Positions 12,840 through 20,980 of a DNA stretch of 64,000 nt are shown piece after piece. The position numbers and the translations under genes were made by a program. Numbering within the stretch: the first letter of the stretch is position 1; each line of letters opens with the position of its first letter. This stretch comes from an uncultured Phycisphaerales bacterium (lineage in GTDB: Bacteria > Planctomycetota > Phycisphaerae > Tepidisphaerales > Tepidisphaeraceae), in the NCBI GenBank assembly GCA_963844715.1, contig CAWJPJ010000008.1, forward strand, positions 32,001 to 96,000. The letters run 5' to 3'. The notes beneath the pieces are model-generated. The model searched no databases and was not told the origin of the DNA. It was given only the letters and a program-made list of their open reading frames with translations.

Positions 12840-13165
12840 TTAATGGACTCCGCGGATGTAAGAAGATTCGGCAGTCCGAGCGGCCGCGAACAGGTCAAAC
12901 ACCGGAATTAGTGAGCCATCCCTCCGCACGAGAGGGCTCAACATCCCTTTTCTGGATGAATTAGAAGTCAGGCCGAATTGTAGCAGCAACGGGCGAAATC
13001 CTCGGCTCTCTATCCATAAATTCACACCGAAATACACCATTGGTTGCAAGAATATCGGCGCAGGTGGATTTCCCTAATTAACGGTAGATAAGAAAGTTAA
13101 ATCTTAATCCTATATGCTTCGTAGGAAATCGGATCGATTTTCCGCTTGGCGCATCGGGTCCCACC

Positions 13166-13188
13166 CGGTATATAGTATATAAATACGG
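13166..13188 (+). promoter_or_regulatory. Possible degenerate ModE box upstream of porin 2
   Basis: CGGTATATA-GTATA-TAAATACGG resembles CGTTATATA-N-TATATAACG, in an AT-rich divergent intergenic region. Confidence 0.4.
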
Positions 13189-13340
13189 TAGGAATAGTAT
13201 TATTTACCGTGGATTTCAGTCAATTGGAGCGGAAATGATTCGCCGCCTAATAATCGCCATGGCAGACTGTTGCGATTAGACGATAATTTTTCCGTTCCTT
13301 CCTGCCTCTAACAAACCCAACCCCGAAGCAAGGAGAAGAG

Positions 13341-14819
13341 ATGAAAAACCCAGGGCATGTTCCATCCATTTTTCATGAACGGATCCATCAGCGCCCGGTC
13401 ATTCTGGCGATGATCGCCGGCGGCCTGCTTGGGGCCGCGTCGTTCGCTCGTGGCGATTCCGTCCAGCCGACGTCGCGCCCCTCGGACCAGGATCAGAACA
13501 CCGCGGAGCTTCGCCAGGAGATCAATGCGCTCAACGCCAAGGTCGATCGCCTGGAATCCAAGGAGCAAAGCGCCGCCGTTCCGGCGACCCAGCCGGTGGC
13601 GGTCGTCACCTCAAACTCGGCGCAGCCGGACCTTTTTGCCACCCAGGACTTCGCCACCGGTTACGATCCGCTGGTCGGGTTTGTGATTCGCAGCGATGAC
13701 AACGAGTTCTCTTTGCATCCCGGCGCGGTGGTGGATTTACGCTATATGGCGACTTACCGCGAGAAACTTGCGCCCGGCAACGGCAGCGCGGTTCCCGGGC
13801 CGCGGTACGACACGGCGAACGGCTTTGAAGTCAGCCGGGCGCGATTGACCCTCGACGGCAACTTCACAAGCAATTTCACCTACTTCATTCAGGCCCAGGC
13901 CGACGAAGGCGCCACCCCCGGATTGCTCGACGCCTACGGCAAATATCATTTTTCCGATACGCCTTTTGCTCTGAAATTTGGCCAATTCAAGGATCCCGTC
14001 TGGCATGAAAGAAATCTGTCCGAAGCGTCGTTATTGGCGGTGGATCGCACGCTGGTGGAGGATTTGATCGGCGGCGGGCAGACCAGCCGCGTGCAGGGCG
14101 TCGGAGTCGTTTATGACCAGGATCAGCTCCGCGACCAGCTCATCTTCCACAACGGCTTCAACAGCCTTAACTCCAAGTTCTACGACACCGGCGGCATCGG
14201 CACGGGTGTCGGCGGGGGAGCAGGCGTCACGCCAACGAATTTCGGCGTCAGCGACCGCGGCGAGTGGCTCGTCATCGGCGACAGAACCCCCGACCTGCAT
14301 CCCTATCGCCAATACGACGGCGGCTTCACCGCCCTCGGCGCTCAGCAGAACATTCTCGTCGCAGGCATCGGCGGCGATTACTCCCAGTCCGGCTCCAACA
14401 GCGTCCTCTTCCACACCGCCGACCTCACCTATCAGAACGTCAACGGTTTCTCCGCGTATGGCGGTTATCTGGGCTCCTATCGAGACCTGGTGCACAACCA
14501 GGGCGTAACGCCGGGCATTTATTACGATCCCGGTTTCGAGGCTCAGGCCGCTTATCTGGTGACCGATCAGATCGAGCCATTCGCGCGGTACGACTACACC
14601 TATCTTCCTCTGGGATCGACGACCGGCCTGGCGACCGGCGAAGTGCAGGAGATCACCGCGGGCGTGAACTACTACATTCACAAGCAGAATATCAAGCTCA
14701 CGTTCGACGCCTCTTGGCTCCCCAACGGTTCCCCGCTCGACGTGACGACGCTTGGAGTTCTAAAGGACAGCGGGCACAACGAGGTCGTCCTCCGTGCCCA
14801 GCTTCAGTTCGCCCTGTAA
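13341..14819 (+). CDS. Phosphate-selective porin O/P-like beta-barrel (porin 2)
   Basis: SD AAGGAG; signal peptide, coiled coil, NGFEVSRARLTLDGN, KFGQFKDP, GVNYYIHKQNIKLT, C-terminal RAQLQFAL. Confidence 0.8.
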   Translation: MKNPGHVPSIFHERIHQRPVILAMIAGGLLGAASFARGDSVQPTSRPSDQDQNTAELRQEINALNAKVDRLESKEQSAAVPATQPVAVVTSNSAQPDLFATQDFATGYDPLVGFVIRSDDNEFSLHPGAVVDLRYMATYREKLAPGNGSAVPGPRYDTANGFEVSRARLTLDGNFTSNFTYFIQAQADEGATPGLLDAYGKYHFSDTPFALKFGQFKDPVWHERNLSEASLLAVDRTLVEDLIGGGQTSRVQGVGVVYDQDQLRDQLIFHNGFNSLNSKFYDTGGIGTGVGGGAGVTPTNFGVSDRGEWLVIGDRTPDLHPYRQYDGGFTALGAQQNILVAGIGGDYSQSGSNSVLFHTADLTYQNVNGFSAYGGYLGSYRDLVHNQGVTPGIYYDPGFEAQAAYLVTDQIEPFARYDYTYLPLGSTTGLATGEVQEITAGVNYYIHKQNIKLTFDASWLPNGSPLDVTTLGVLKDSGHNEVVLRAQLQFAL

Positions 14820-14906
14820 GTTCAAATGCTCCGCGATGAATTCGTTGCGGAGAGTTGAAAGTACGAAGACTCGGCCAATAAGATTTGGTTAAGACCAGGA
14901 GGTCTA

Positions 14907-15101
14907 ATGCCCAAATCTTTGGTCTCCGTTGCAATCGCGGCCCTGATGGCGGTCTGCGGCTTGTCGCTGACGGCGTGCCAGTCGACCAACACTTCCAGCG
15001 GCGTCTCCGCGGCGAATCCCAGCACGCAACCGTCCCCGCAAGTAGCCGAGGGTTACCGACATAACATCGGCAACGGCGCCTACGGCGAAGATGTGCCGTA
15101 G
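14907..15101 (+). CDS. Small hypothetical lipoprotein
   Basis: SD AGGAGG, hydrophobic signal peptide, lipobox LTA-C, Ser/Thr/Pro-rich mature part. Confidence 0.6.
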   Translation: MPKSLVSVAIAALMAVCGLSLTACQSTNTSSGVSAANPSTQPSPQVAEGYRHNIGNGAYGEDVP

Positions 15102-15210
15102 TTTGCCCCGCCGCGCCCAGCTTCGGGTGGAATTGATATAATCGCAACCGCGCGCTTCCAGGAAGAAGCGCGATAGGTCGGGCCGCAACCGATTACAACG
15201 GGCATCTGAC

Positions 15211-15441
15211 ATGGCGCTGAGCGCACGCAATCAGTTTCCGGGGAAGGTGGTTTCGCTCAAGCGGGGTTCGGTGATGTCGGAAGTGATCGTCGACATCGGC
15301 GGGGGACACCGGATCGTTTCTCTGATCAGCACGTCTTCGGTGAAGCGTCTGAAATTGAAAGTCGGGAAGCCTGCGATCGCCGTGATCAAGGCGACGGAAG
15401 TCATCATCTCGACGGTCGTGGACAACACCATCAACGAGTAA
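15211..15441 (+). CDS. mop: TOBE-domain molybdate-binding protein (Mop/molbindin)
   Basis: Classic MxLSARNQFPGKV...SLISTSSVKRLKL...AVIKATEVII signature. Confidence 0.9.
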   Translation: MALSARNQFPGKVVSLKRGSVMSEVIVDIGGGHRIVSLISTSSVKRLKLKVGKPAIAVIKATEVIISTVVDNTINE

Positions 15442-15445
15442 CCGT

Positions 15446-15832
15446 GTGCCGTCTTCCCGAACTAAAAAGACTCCGCGCCAGCCGGTCATACGCGGGCGCG
15501 TCTGGGTCGAGATCGGGGGCGTCTCGGCGATCACCGAGGCGGGTAGCGATCTGATCGAGCAGATCGAGGCGTGCGGGTCTTTGTCGGAAGCGGCGCGGCG
15601 ATTGGGGTTCAGCTATCGGCGCGCCTGGCTCCTCATGGATGGGATGAATCGCGCCTGGAACGAGCCGGTCATCAAAACCGCCACCGGCGGAACGCGCGGC
15701 GGGGGGGCCCGTGTGACGGAATTCGGCCGCCAGCTTCTCAGCAGCTACCGCGATATTCAGTTGCAAATGGAACATTTGCTGGATCGGGCAACACCCGGTT
15801 TTCGCACGGCGACGCGCCCTATAGTCCGATAA
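15446..15832 (+). CDS. modE: ModE-type winged-helix regulator (N-terminal domain only)
   Basis: LIEQIEACGSLSEAARRLGFSYRRAWLLMDGMN...TGGTRGGGARVTEFG, typical of the ModE HTH; adjacent to mop. Confidence 0.88.
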   Translation: MPSSRTKKTPRQPVIRGRVWVEIGGVSAITEAGSDLIEQIEACGSLSEAARRLGFSYRRAWLLMDGMNRAWNEPVIKTATGGTRGGGARVTEFGRQLLSSYRDIQLQMEHLLDRATPGFRTATRPIVR

Positions 15833-15893
15833 TTTTCCCCATTTTGACCCCCAAATCGCCCCGCATGTTGAAACCGGGCCGCGATTTTGCCTT

Positions 15894-15917
15894 CGTTATA
15901 TACGCGCCGATATAACG
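15894..15917 (+). promoter_or_regulatory. ModE-binding box
   Basis: CGTTATATA-CGCGCC-GATATAACG palindrome, one mismatch to the ModE consensus, ending 27 bp before the porin 3 start. Confidence 0.85.
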
Positions 15918-15944
15918 CCCCGACCACATTCAGGAGTTCCTTTT

Positions 15945-17366
15945 ATGCGTAACCGCGCAACCGGGCCGGTCATGGCTGTTTTGTTCGTTCTTGGCGCCAG
16001 CGCCGCGGCGCCGGCCGCACCGCAGACCCAGCCGAGCCCAGCCGAACTTCAGCAGAAGATCGACTCGCTTCAGCAACAGGTCGGGTCGCTCAATCTGGAG
16101 ATGCAGCAGCTCAAGAACCAGCCCAACGCCGCCCCATCCAACTCCCCGTCCAACGCGGCCGCGCAAAACCAGTCCAGCTCCCAGTCCCCCTTGCCCGACG
16201 AACTCGTCGCGCCGTCTCAGTCGGCGGCCGCAACAACGCAGCCCAGCGCAGCCGAACCCGAACCGCGCGCCGATGCCCTCGCCGTCGATGTCACTTTCGA
16301 TACCAACAAAGGATTATGGTTTACCAGCGGAAATGGAGACTTCGCGATTCACCCGTTCACCCTGCTGCAAATTAGAAACACCACGGATCTTCGCCAGCAC
16401 AACGCGACCAACGATCAATATGACGCGCAAAACGGCTTCGAAATCCGCCGCATGCAATTGGGCGCCGAGGGAAACGCCTTTACTCCCGACCTGAGCTTTC
16501 GCATCTTCATTCAGACCGATCGTTCGGGCGGCGATGCCTCGTTGTTTGACGCGTGGCTGAAATATCATTTCCACGATACGCCGTTTTATATCGAAGGCGG
16601 GCAGTTCAAGTCCCCATTCGCCCACGAACAGATGATCTTCGATCGAACCATGATGGCGGCCGACCGAACCCTGACCGACGATATTCTGTCGGACGGCGAA
16701 GCCTTCAGCCAGGGCGTCATGGGGATTTACCAAACCGATGCCATCCGCGCCAAACTTCAATTCACCAACGGATACGGCACCAACGACGTCAACTTCGAAG
16801 ACCCCGCCTCGCGCCCGGGTTACTTTGGCGTCGGCACGCGCGACGAACTTAAACTCATGGGCAAATGGAGTGATTACGACCAATTCACCTCGCTCGGCGA
16901 CAGCTCGAACCTGCTCGTCGGCGGCATCGGCTGCGATGAAACCCAGGTCAACCCCGGCAATGTCCTTCACGGAACCGCCGACGTGCAGTGGAACGACGGC
17001 CCGCTTGGACTCTACGGCTCCTACGTCGGCCGCTACACCTCGCAAAACGGCGCGGCCGGGGATACCTACGACTACGGCCCGATGGTCCAGGCCAGCTATC
17101 TTTTGGACCCGCGCCATCTGGAAGTCTTCGGCCGATTTGATTACCTCAAATTCGACGGCAAGGAATTTGCCGCCGGCACCAACACCAACATCGATGAAAT
17201 CACCGCCGGCATCAATTACTACTTCTTCGGACAAAATCTAAAGTTCACCACCGACGCCACCTATCTGCCCAACGGCTCCCCCGTCGACGACAACGGCTCG
17301 GGCGTCCTGGTCAGCAGCGGAGGCAGCGAATGGGTCTTCCGCGTGCAAATGCAATTCGCGCTGTAA
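15945..17366 (+). CDS. Phosphate-selective porin O/P-like beta-barrel (porin 3)
   Basis: SD AGGAG; signal peptide, coiled coil, NGFEIRRMQLGAEGN, GGQFKSPF, GINYYFFGQNLKFT, C-terminal RVQMQFAL. Confidence 0.82.
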   Translation: MRNRATGPVMAVLFVLGASAAAPAAPQTQPSPAELQQKIDSLQQQVGSLNLEMQQLKNQPNAAPSNSPSNAAAQNQSSSQSPLPDELVAPSQSAAATTQPSAAEPEPRADALAVDVTFDTNKGLWFTSGNGDFAIHPFTLLQIRNTTDLRQHNATNDQYDAQNGFEIRRMQLGAEGNAFTPDLSFRIFIQTDRSGGDASLFDAWLKYHFHDTPFYIEGGQFKSPFAHEQMIFDRTMMAADRTLTDDILSDGEAFSQGVMGIYQTDAIRAKLQFTNGYGTNDVNFEDPASRPGYFGVGTRDELKLMGKWSDYDQFTSLGDSSNLLVGGIGCDETQVNPGNVLHGTADVQWNDGPLGLYGSYVGRYTSQNGAAGDTYDYGPMVQASYLLDPRHLEVFGRFDYLKFDGKEFAAGTNTNIDEITAGINYYFFGQNLKFTTDATYLPNGSPVDDNGSGVLVSSGGSEWVFRVQMQFAL

Positions 17367-17477
17367 CCAGTCCTTCTTGCAGGGCTTTCCCCTCCCCGGA
17401 CACGCCCCGGGGATTTACGCTGGGTCACGCCGCGGGGCGCGGGCAATTCGCCCTCGCTTGGTTAGAATGCCGCCCGC

Positions 17478-18230
17478 GTGGCGGACGACGGCCAGTTTAT
17501 CTCTCTGCATCAAGTGCGCATGGCATACGCGGGGCGGCGCGTCTTCGATTCGCTCAGCTGCTCTTTTCCGCGCGGACGCGTTTCGGTGATCCTCGGTGGA
17601 AGCGGATCGGGCAAAAGCACCGTCCTGAGACTGGTCGGCGGTCTCATCCGCCCGCAGGCGGGATCCATCCTCGTCGATGGGACAGAGGTCAGCCGGCTTT
17701 CTTCACGCGGGCTCGCCCAGCTTCGTCGAAAACTGGGGATGATGTTTCAAGGCGGGGCGCTGCTCGATTCCTATACCGTGTTTGACAACGTGGCGCTCCC
17801 GCTCCGCGAACAGCGCATGCACAGCGATCAGGAGATTGACGCCGCGGTGCGCGAGATTTTGCAGGCGGTGGGCGTAAGCGATGCCGATGATCTGCTCCCC
17901 GGCGAGCTTTCCGGCGGGATGCTCCGGCGCGTGGCCCTGGCGCGGGCCATGATCCGCAAGCCGGAGGTCCTCCTCTGCGACGAGCCGTTTTCCGGCCTCG
18001 ATCCGGTGTCGATCCGGCGGCTGGAATCGGTCCTGCTCGAGATCAATCGGCAGTTTAAGATGACCCTGATCGTCGTTTCCCACGATATTCCCTCCACCAC
18101 ACGAATGGCCGACCGCACTGTCTTGATATTCAAGGATCGGGTATTGCAGGGAACCCCCGCCGAATTGCGGGCCAGCAACGACGCGGAAGCCGCGGAATTT
18201 TTCCGGGATGGACTGGCGATTGATGGTTAA
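17478..18230 (+). CDS. mlaF: Mla/Ttg2 ABC transporter ATP-binding protein
   Basis: Walker A GGSGSGKS, LSGGMLRRVALARA, LCDEPFSGLDP. Confidence 0.9.
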   Translation: MADDGQFISLHQVRMAYAGRRVFDSLSCSFPRGRVSVILGGSGSGKSTVLRLVGGLIRPQAGSILVDGTEVSRLSSRGLAQLRRKLGMMFQGGALLDSYTVFDNVALPLREQRMHSDQEIDAAVREILQAVGVSDADDLLPGELSGGMLRRVALARAMIRKPEVLLCDEPFSGLDPVSIRRLESVLLEINRQFKMTLIVVSHDIPSTTRMADRTVLIFKDRVLQGTPAELRASNDAEAAEFFRDGLAIDG

Positions 18231-18999
18231 TCCGGTTTCACAAGTCGGCAGCAAGGCCGTTCGCTTCGTCCAGGAATTGGGCGGGATGGCCGTCTTCTCG
18301 CTGGATGTCGCGCGGACGATCGTCTCGGCCCCGCTCCGCTTCGCCGCTCTCGTGCGCGAGATTTACAAGATCGGCGTCCTCTCGATCCTGATCATTTGCG
18401 TCTGCGGAATGGCGGTGGGGATGGTGCTCGGATTGCAGGGGCATCACACCCTGTCGCGATTCGGCGCGATGCGCTCTCTTGGGGCGCTGGTGGGCTTGAG
18501 CCTGATTCGCGAACTCGGGCCCGTATTGACGGCGCTGCTCGTTGCTGGACGAGCCGGCTCGGCGACGACCGCCGAGATCGGCGCGATGGTGGCCACCGAA
18601 CAACTCGACGGCTTGCGCATGCTCTCGGTCGATCCAATCAGCCTCGTCGTGAAACCCAAGGCCGTCGCGATGCTCCTGGTGATGCCGCTGCTGACCGCCC
18701 TGTTCATCGTTTGCGGGTTGTATGGAGGATATCTCGTTGGCGTGGGCTTCCTGTCCGGTGATCCCGGGAGTTATATGTCGAGCCTGCGCTCGGCCGTCGA
18801 TTTTCACAACGATATCGAATGCTGCGGGCTGAAGAGCGTGATCTTCGGATTGCTCGTCGGACTGATCGCGACCTATCGCGGTTACACCAGCAAACCCACG
18901 TCCGAAGGAGTCAGCGCGGCGACCACATCCAGCGTGGTGATCAGTTCCGTCACCGTGCTCTTGACCGATTACGTCATTACCGCACTATGGGGAATCTGA
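18223..18999 (+). CDS. mlaE: Mla ABC transporter permease
   Basis: RELGPVLTALLVAGRAGS..AEIGAM..TEQLDGL. Confidence 0.92.
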   Translation: MVNPVSQVGSKAVRFVQELGGMAVFSLDVARTIVSAPLRFAALVREIYKIGVLSILIICVCGMAVGMVLGLQGHHTLSRFGAMRSLGALVGLSLIRELGPVLTALLVAGRAGSATTAEIGAMVATEQLDGLRMLSVDPISLVVKPKAVAMLLVMPLLTALFIVCGLYGGYLVGVGFLSGDPGSYMSSLRSAVDFHNDIECCGLKSVIFGLLVGLIATYRGYTSKPTSEGVSAATTSSVVISSVTVLLTDYVITALWGI

Positions 19000-19002
19000 A
19001 CC

Positions 19003-19486
19003 ATGAAACTTTCTCCAATACGCGATTTTATCGTCGGATTGTTCGTGCTGGCGGGCATCGCGGCGATCGCGTATCTCTCCATCAGCATCGGCGACCTGAA
19101 CTGGCACGGCCCCCAGGGGCTCAAGCTCTGGGCCGCATTTGATGAGACGGGGGGACTAGCGCTGCGGCGCCGGTGGTTGTCGCCGGTGTGCGGGTTGGCG
19201 AGGTTTCGGCAATTTCGCTTCAGGACGATCTTCGCGCCGGGTGGATATGAATCTCGATCCGTCGCTGAAATTGCCGACCGATACCTCGGCTTCGATCGTC
19301 ACCGCCGGAATTTTGGGAGACCGGTATATCGAATTGCAACCGGGCGCCGATGAAACCGTGCTGAAATCAGGCGACCAGATTAGCTATACCGAATCGGCGG
19401 TGATTCTCGAGCGCCTGATCGGGCAATTGATTTACGGCAAAACCGGGGGCGGGAAAACCACGACGGCGCCGGCGACCGCGCCCTAG
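19003..19486 (+). CDS. mlaD: MCE-domain lipid-binding protein (frameshifted)
   Basis: DFIVGLFVLAG...F.ETGGL in ORF 19003; LPTDTSASIVTAGILGDRYIEL.PG...TESAVILERLIG in ORF 19241. Confidence 0.9.
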
Positions 19487-19499
19487 GCTAAGGAAGAAA

Positions 19500-20135
19500 A
19501 TGATGAATCGAATCGCGGGGTTATGGGTATCGATGGGGCTGTTTTGCCTGTTGTCGGGGTTGCGCGTTGCCAGGGCGGACGACGCCACCACGCAGCCGTC
19601 GGCCCCGGCGGTGATGCAGAAAGTTTCACAGGATGTCCTGACCGTCCTGCGCAATAAGAGTCTTTCCCCCCAGCAAAAGCGCGACAAGGTGAGGGACATC
19701 GCCTATGCGAACATTAATTTTGAAATCATGGGCAAGCTGAGTCTTGGCCAGCCGTGGCGCGACATGAACGATGACCAGAAGTCGAAGTATGGGCAAGAAT
19801 TCAGGGATCTGGTCACCAACACCTATATTCATCTGATCGACAATTACACCGACCAGGACGTGAAAATCACCGGCGATCGGCAGGAGCAGGACGGCGATTG
19901 GACCGTGCAGACCAAAATCACAGGCACGCAAAACGGCCAGCCGAACCAGGAACTGGCCAAGGTCGATTACCGCCTGCGCAATCGCCAGGGGCAATGGAAA
20001 GTGATCGACTTCACTATCGAAAACGCGAGCCTGGTGTCTAATTACCGTGCGCAGTTCAAGGAGATCGTCTCCAACGGCGGGATCGACCATCTGATTCAAG
20101 TGCTACACGATAAGAATGCCGCCAATGAAAAGTGA
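19500..20135 (+). CDS. mlaC: Periplasmic phospholipid-binding protein (MlaC/Ttg2D)
   Basis: Signal peptide; VDYRL...WKVIDFTIENASLVSNYRAQF. Confidence 0.9.
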   Translation: MMNRIAGLWVSMGLFCLLSGLRVARADDATTQPSAPAVMQKVSQDVLTVLRNKSLSPQQKRDKVRDIAYANINFEIMGKLSLGQPWRDMNDDQKSKYGQEFRDLVTNTYIHLIDNYTDQDVKITGDRQEQDGDWTVQTKITGTQNGQPNQELAKVDYRLRNRQGQWKVIDFTIENASLVSNYRAQFKEIVSNGGIDHLIQVLHDKNAANEK

Positions 20136-20925
20136 TATTCATCGGCGGGTCATTCTGATGATGTTGGTTTGCGGAGCGATGAGCCTCTGCGGCGGATGCG
20201 TCGACGCCCAGAACAAGGAAGACCCCTGGGAGAAATCCAACCGGTTTTTCTACAAACTCAACGACAATCTGGACCGCCTGGCGCTTAAGCCGGCGGCCGA
20301 TGCGTACGAAAAGATCGTCCCCAGGCCGATCCGCGACGGGATCGGGAACGGCTTCGATAACCTCACCTATTTCAACGTGGTTTTTAACGATTTTCTGCAG
20401 AAAAAATGGAAACAGGGGTTCGGAGATTTCGGGAGATTTTCCATCAACAGCACGATTGGCGTCGGGGGAATTCTGGACATCGCCACGCCGTGGGGCCTTC
20501 CCGCGCACGAAAACGATTTTGGCGTCACGCTAGGGAAATGGGGCTACGGCCCCGGGCCGTATATGGTCTTGCCGCTATTGGGTCCATACGATCTTCGCGA
20601 CGTGACGGGCCCGATCGTGGAAACGCTGGCGACGCCGCTGACATGGCTGAATCTTCCCGACGACGTGGGCTATCCGCTGGGAGCGGTCGATACGATCCAG
20701 GCGCGGTCGCGCTCGGACTATATCTTCCGATTCCGCAACGCGGCGGCGGTCGATCCGTACGTCTTCACGCGCGAGGCGTACTTGCAATACCGCCAGGGGA
20801 AGATCAACGCCGGAACGCCGGCGGCGACGCAGCCGAGTGAAAATTTATACGATGAGGACATCGACAGCGGCGCGCCCGCGACACAACCGGCGACGCGTCT
20901 CACCACCACAAGGCCGGGGGAATAA
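20125..20925 (+). CDS. mlaA: VacJ/MlaA lipoprotein
   Basis: DPWEKSNR.FY, INSTIGVGGILD, DFGVTLGKWG...GPYMVLPLLGP, DPYVFTREAY. Confidence 0.92.
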   Translation: MKSDIHRRVILMMLVCGAMSLCGGCVDAQNKEDPWEKSNRFFYKLNDNLDRLALKPAADAYEKIVPRPIRDGIGNGFDNLTYFNVVFNDFLQKKWKQGFGDFGRFSINSTIGVGGILDIATPWGLPAHENDFGVTLGKWGYGPGPYMVLPLLGPYDLRDVTGPIVETLATPLTWLNLPDDVGYPLGAVDTIQARSRSDYIFRFRNAAAVDPYVFTREAYLQYRQGKINAGTPAATQPSENLYDEDIDSGAPATQPATRLTTTRPGE

Positions 20926-20980
20926 TTCCAGGAAATTCGCACGCCCCGCCGGCGCATGACCGGCGTTATGATGACCCCGC

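Noticed and set aside
17375..17460. GC-rich intergenic segment as terminator or ncRNA
   Set aside because: Only imperfect pairing and no U-tract; may be a degenerate REP but cannot be supported.
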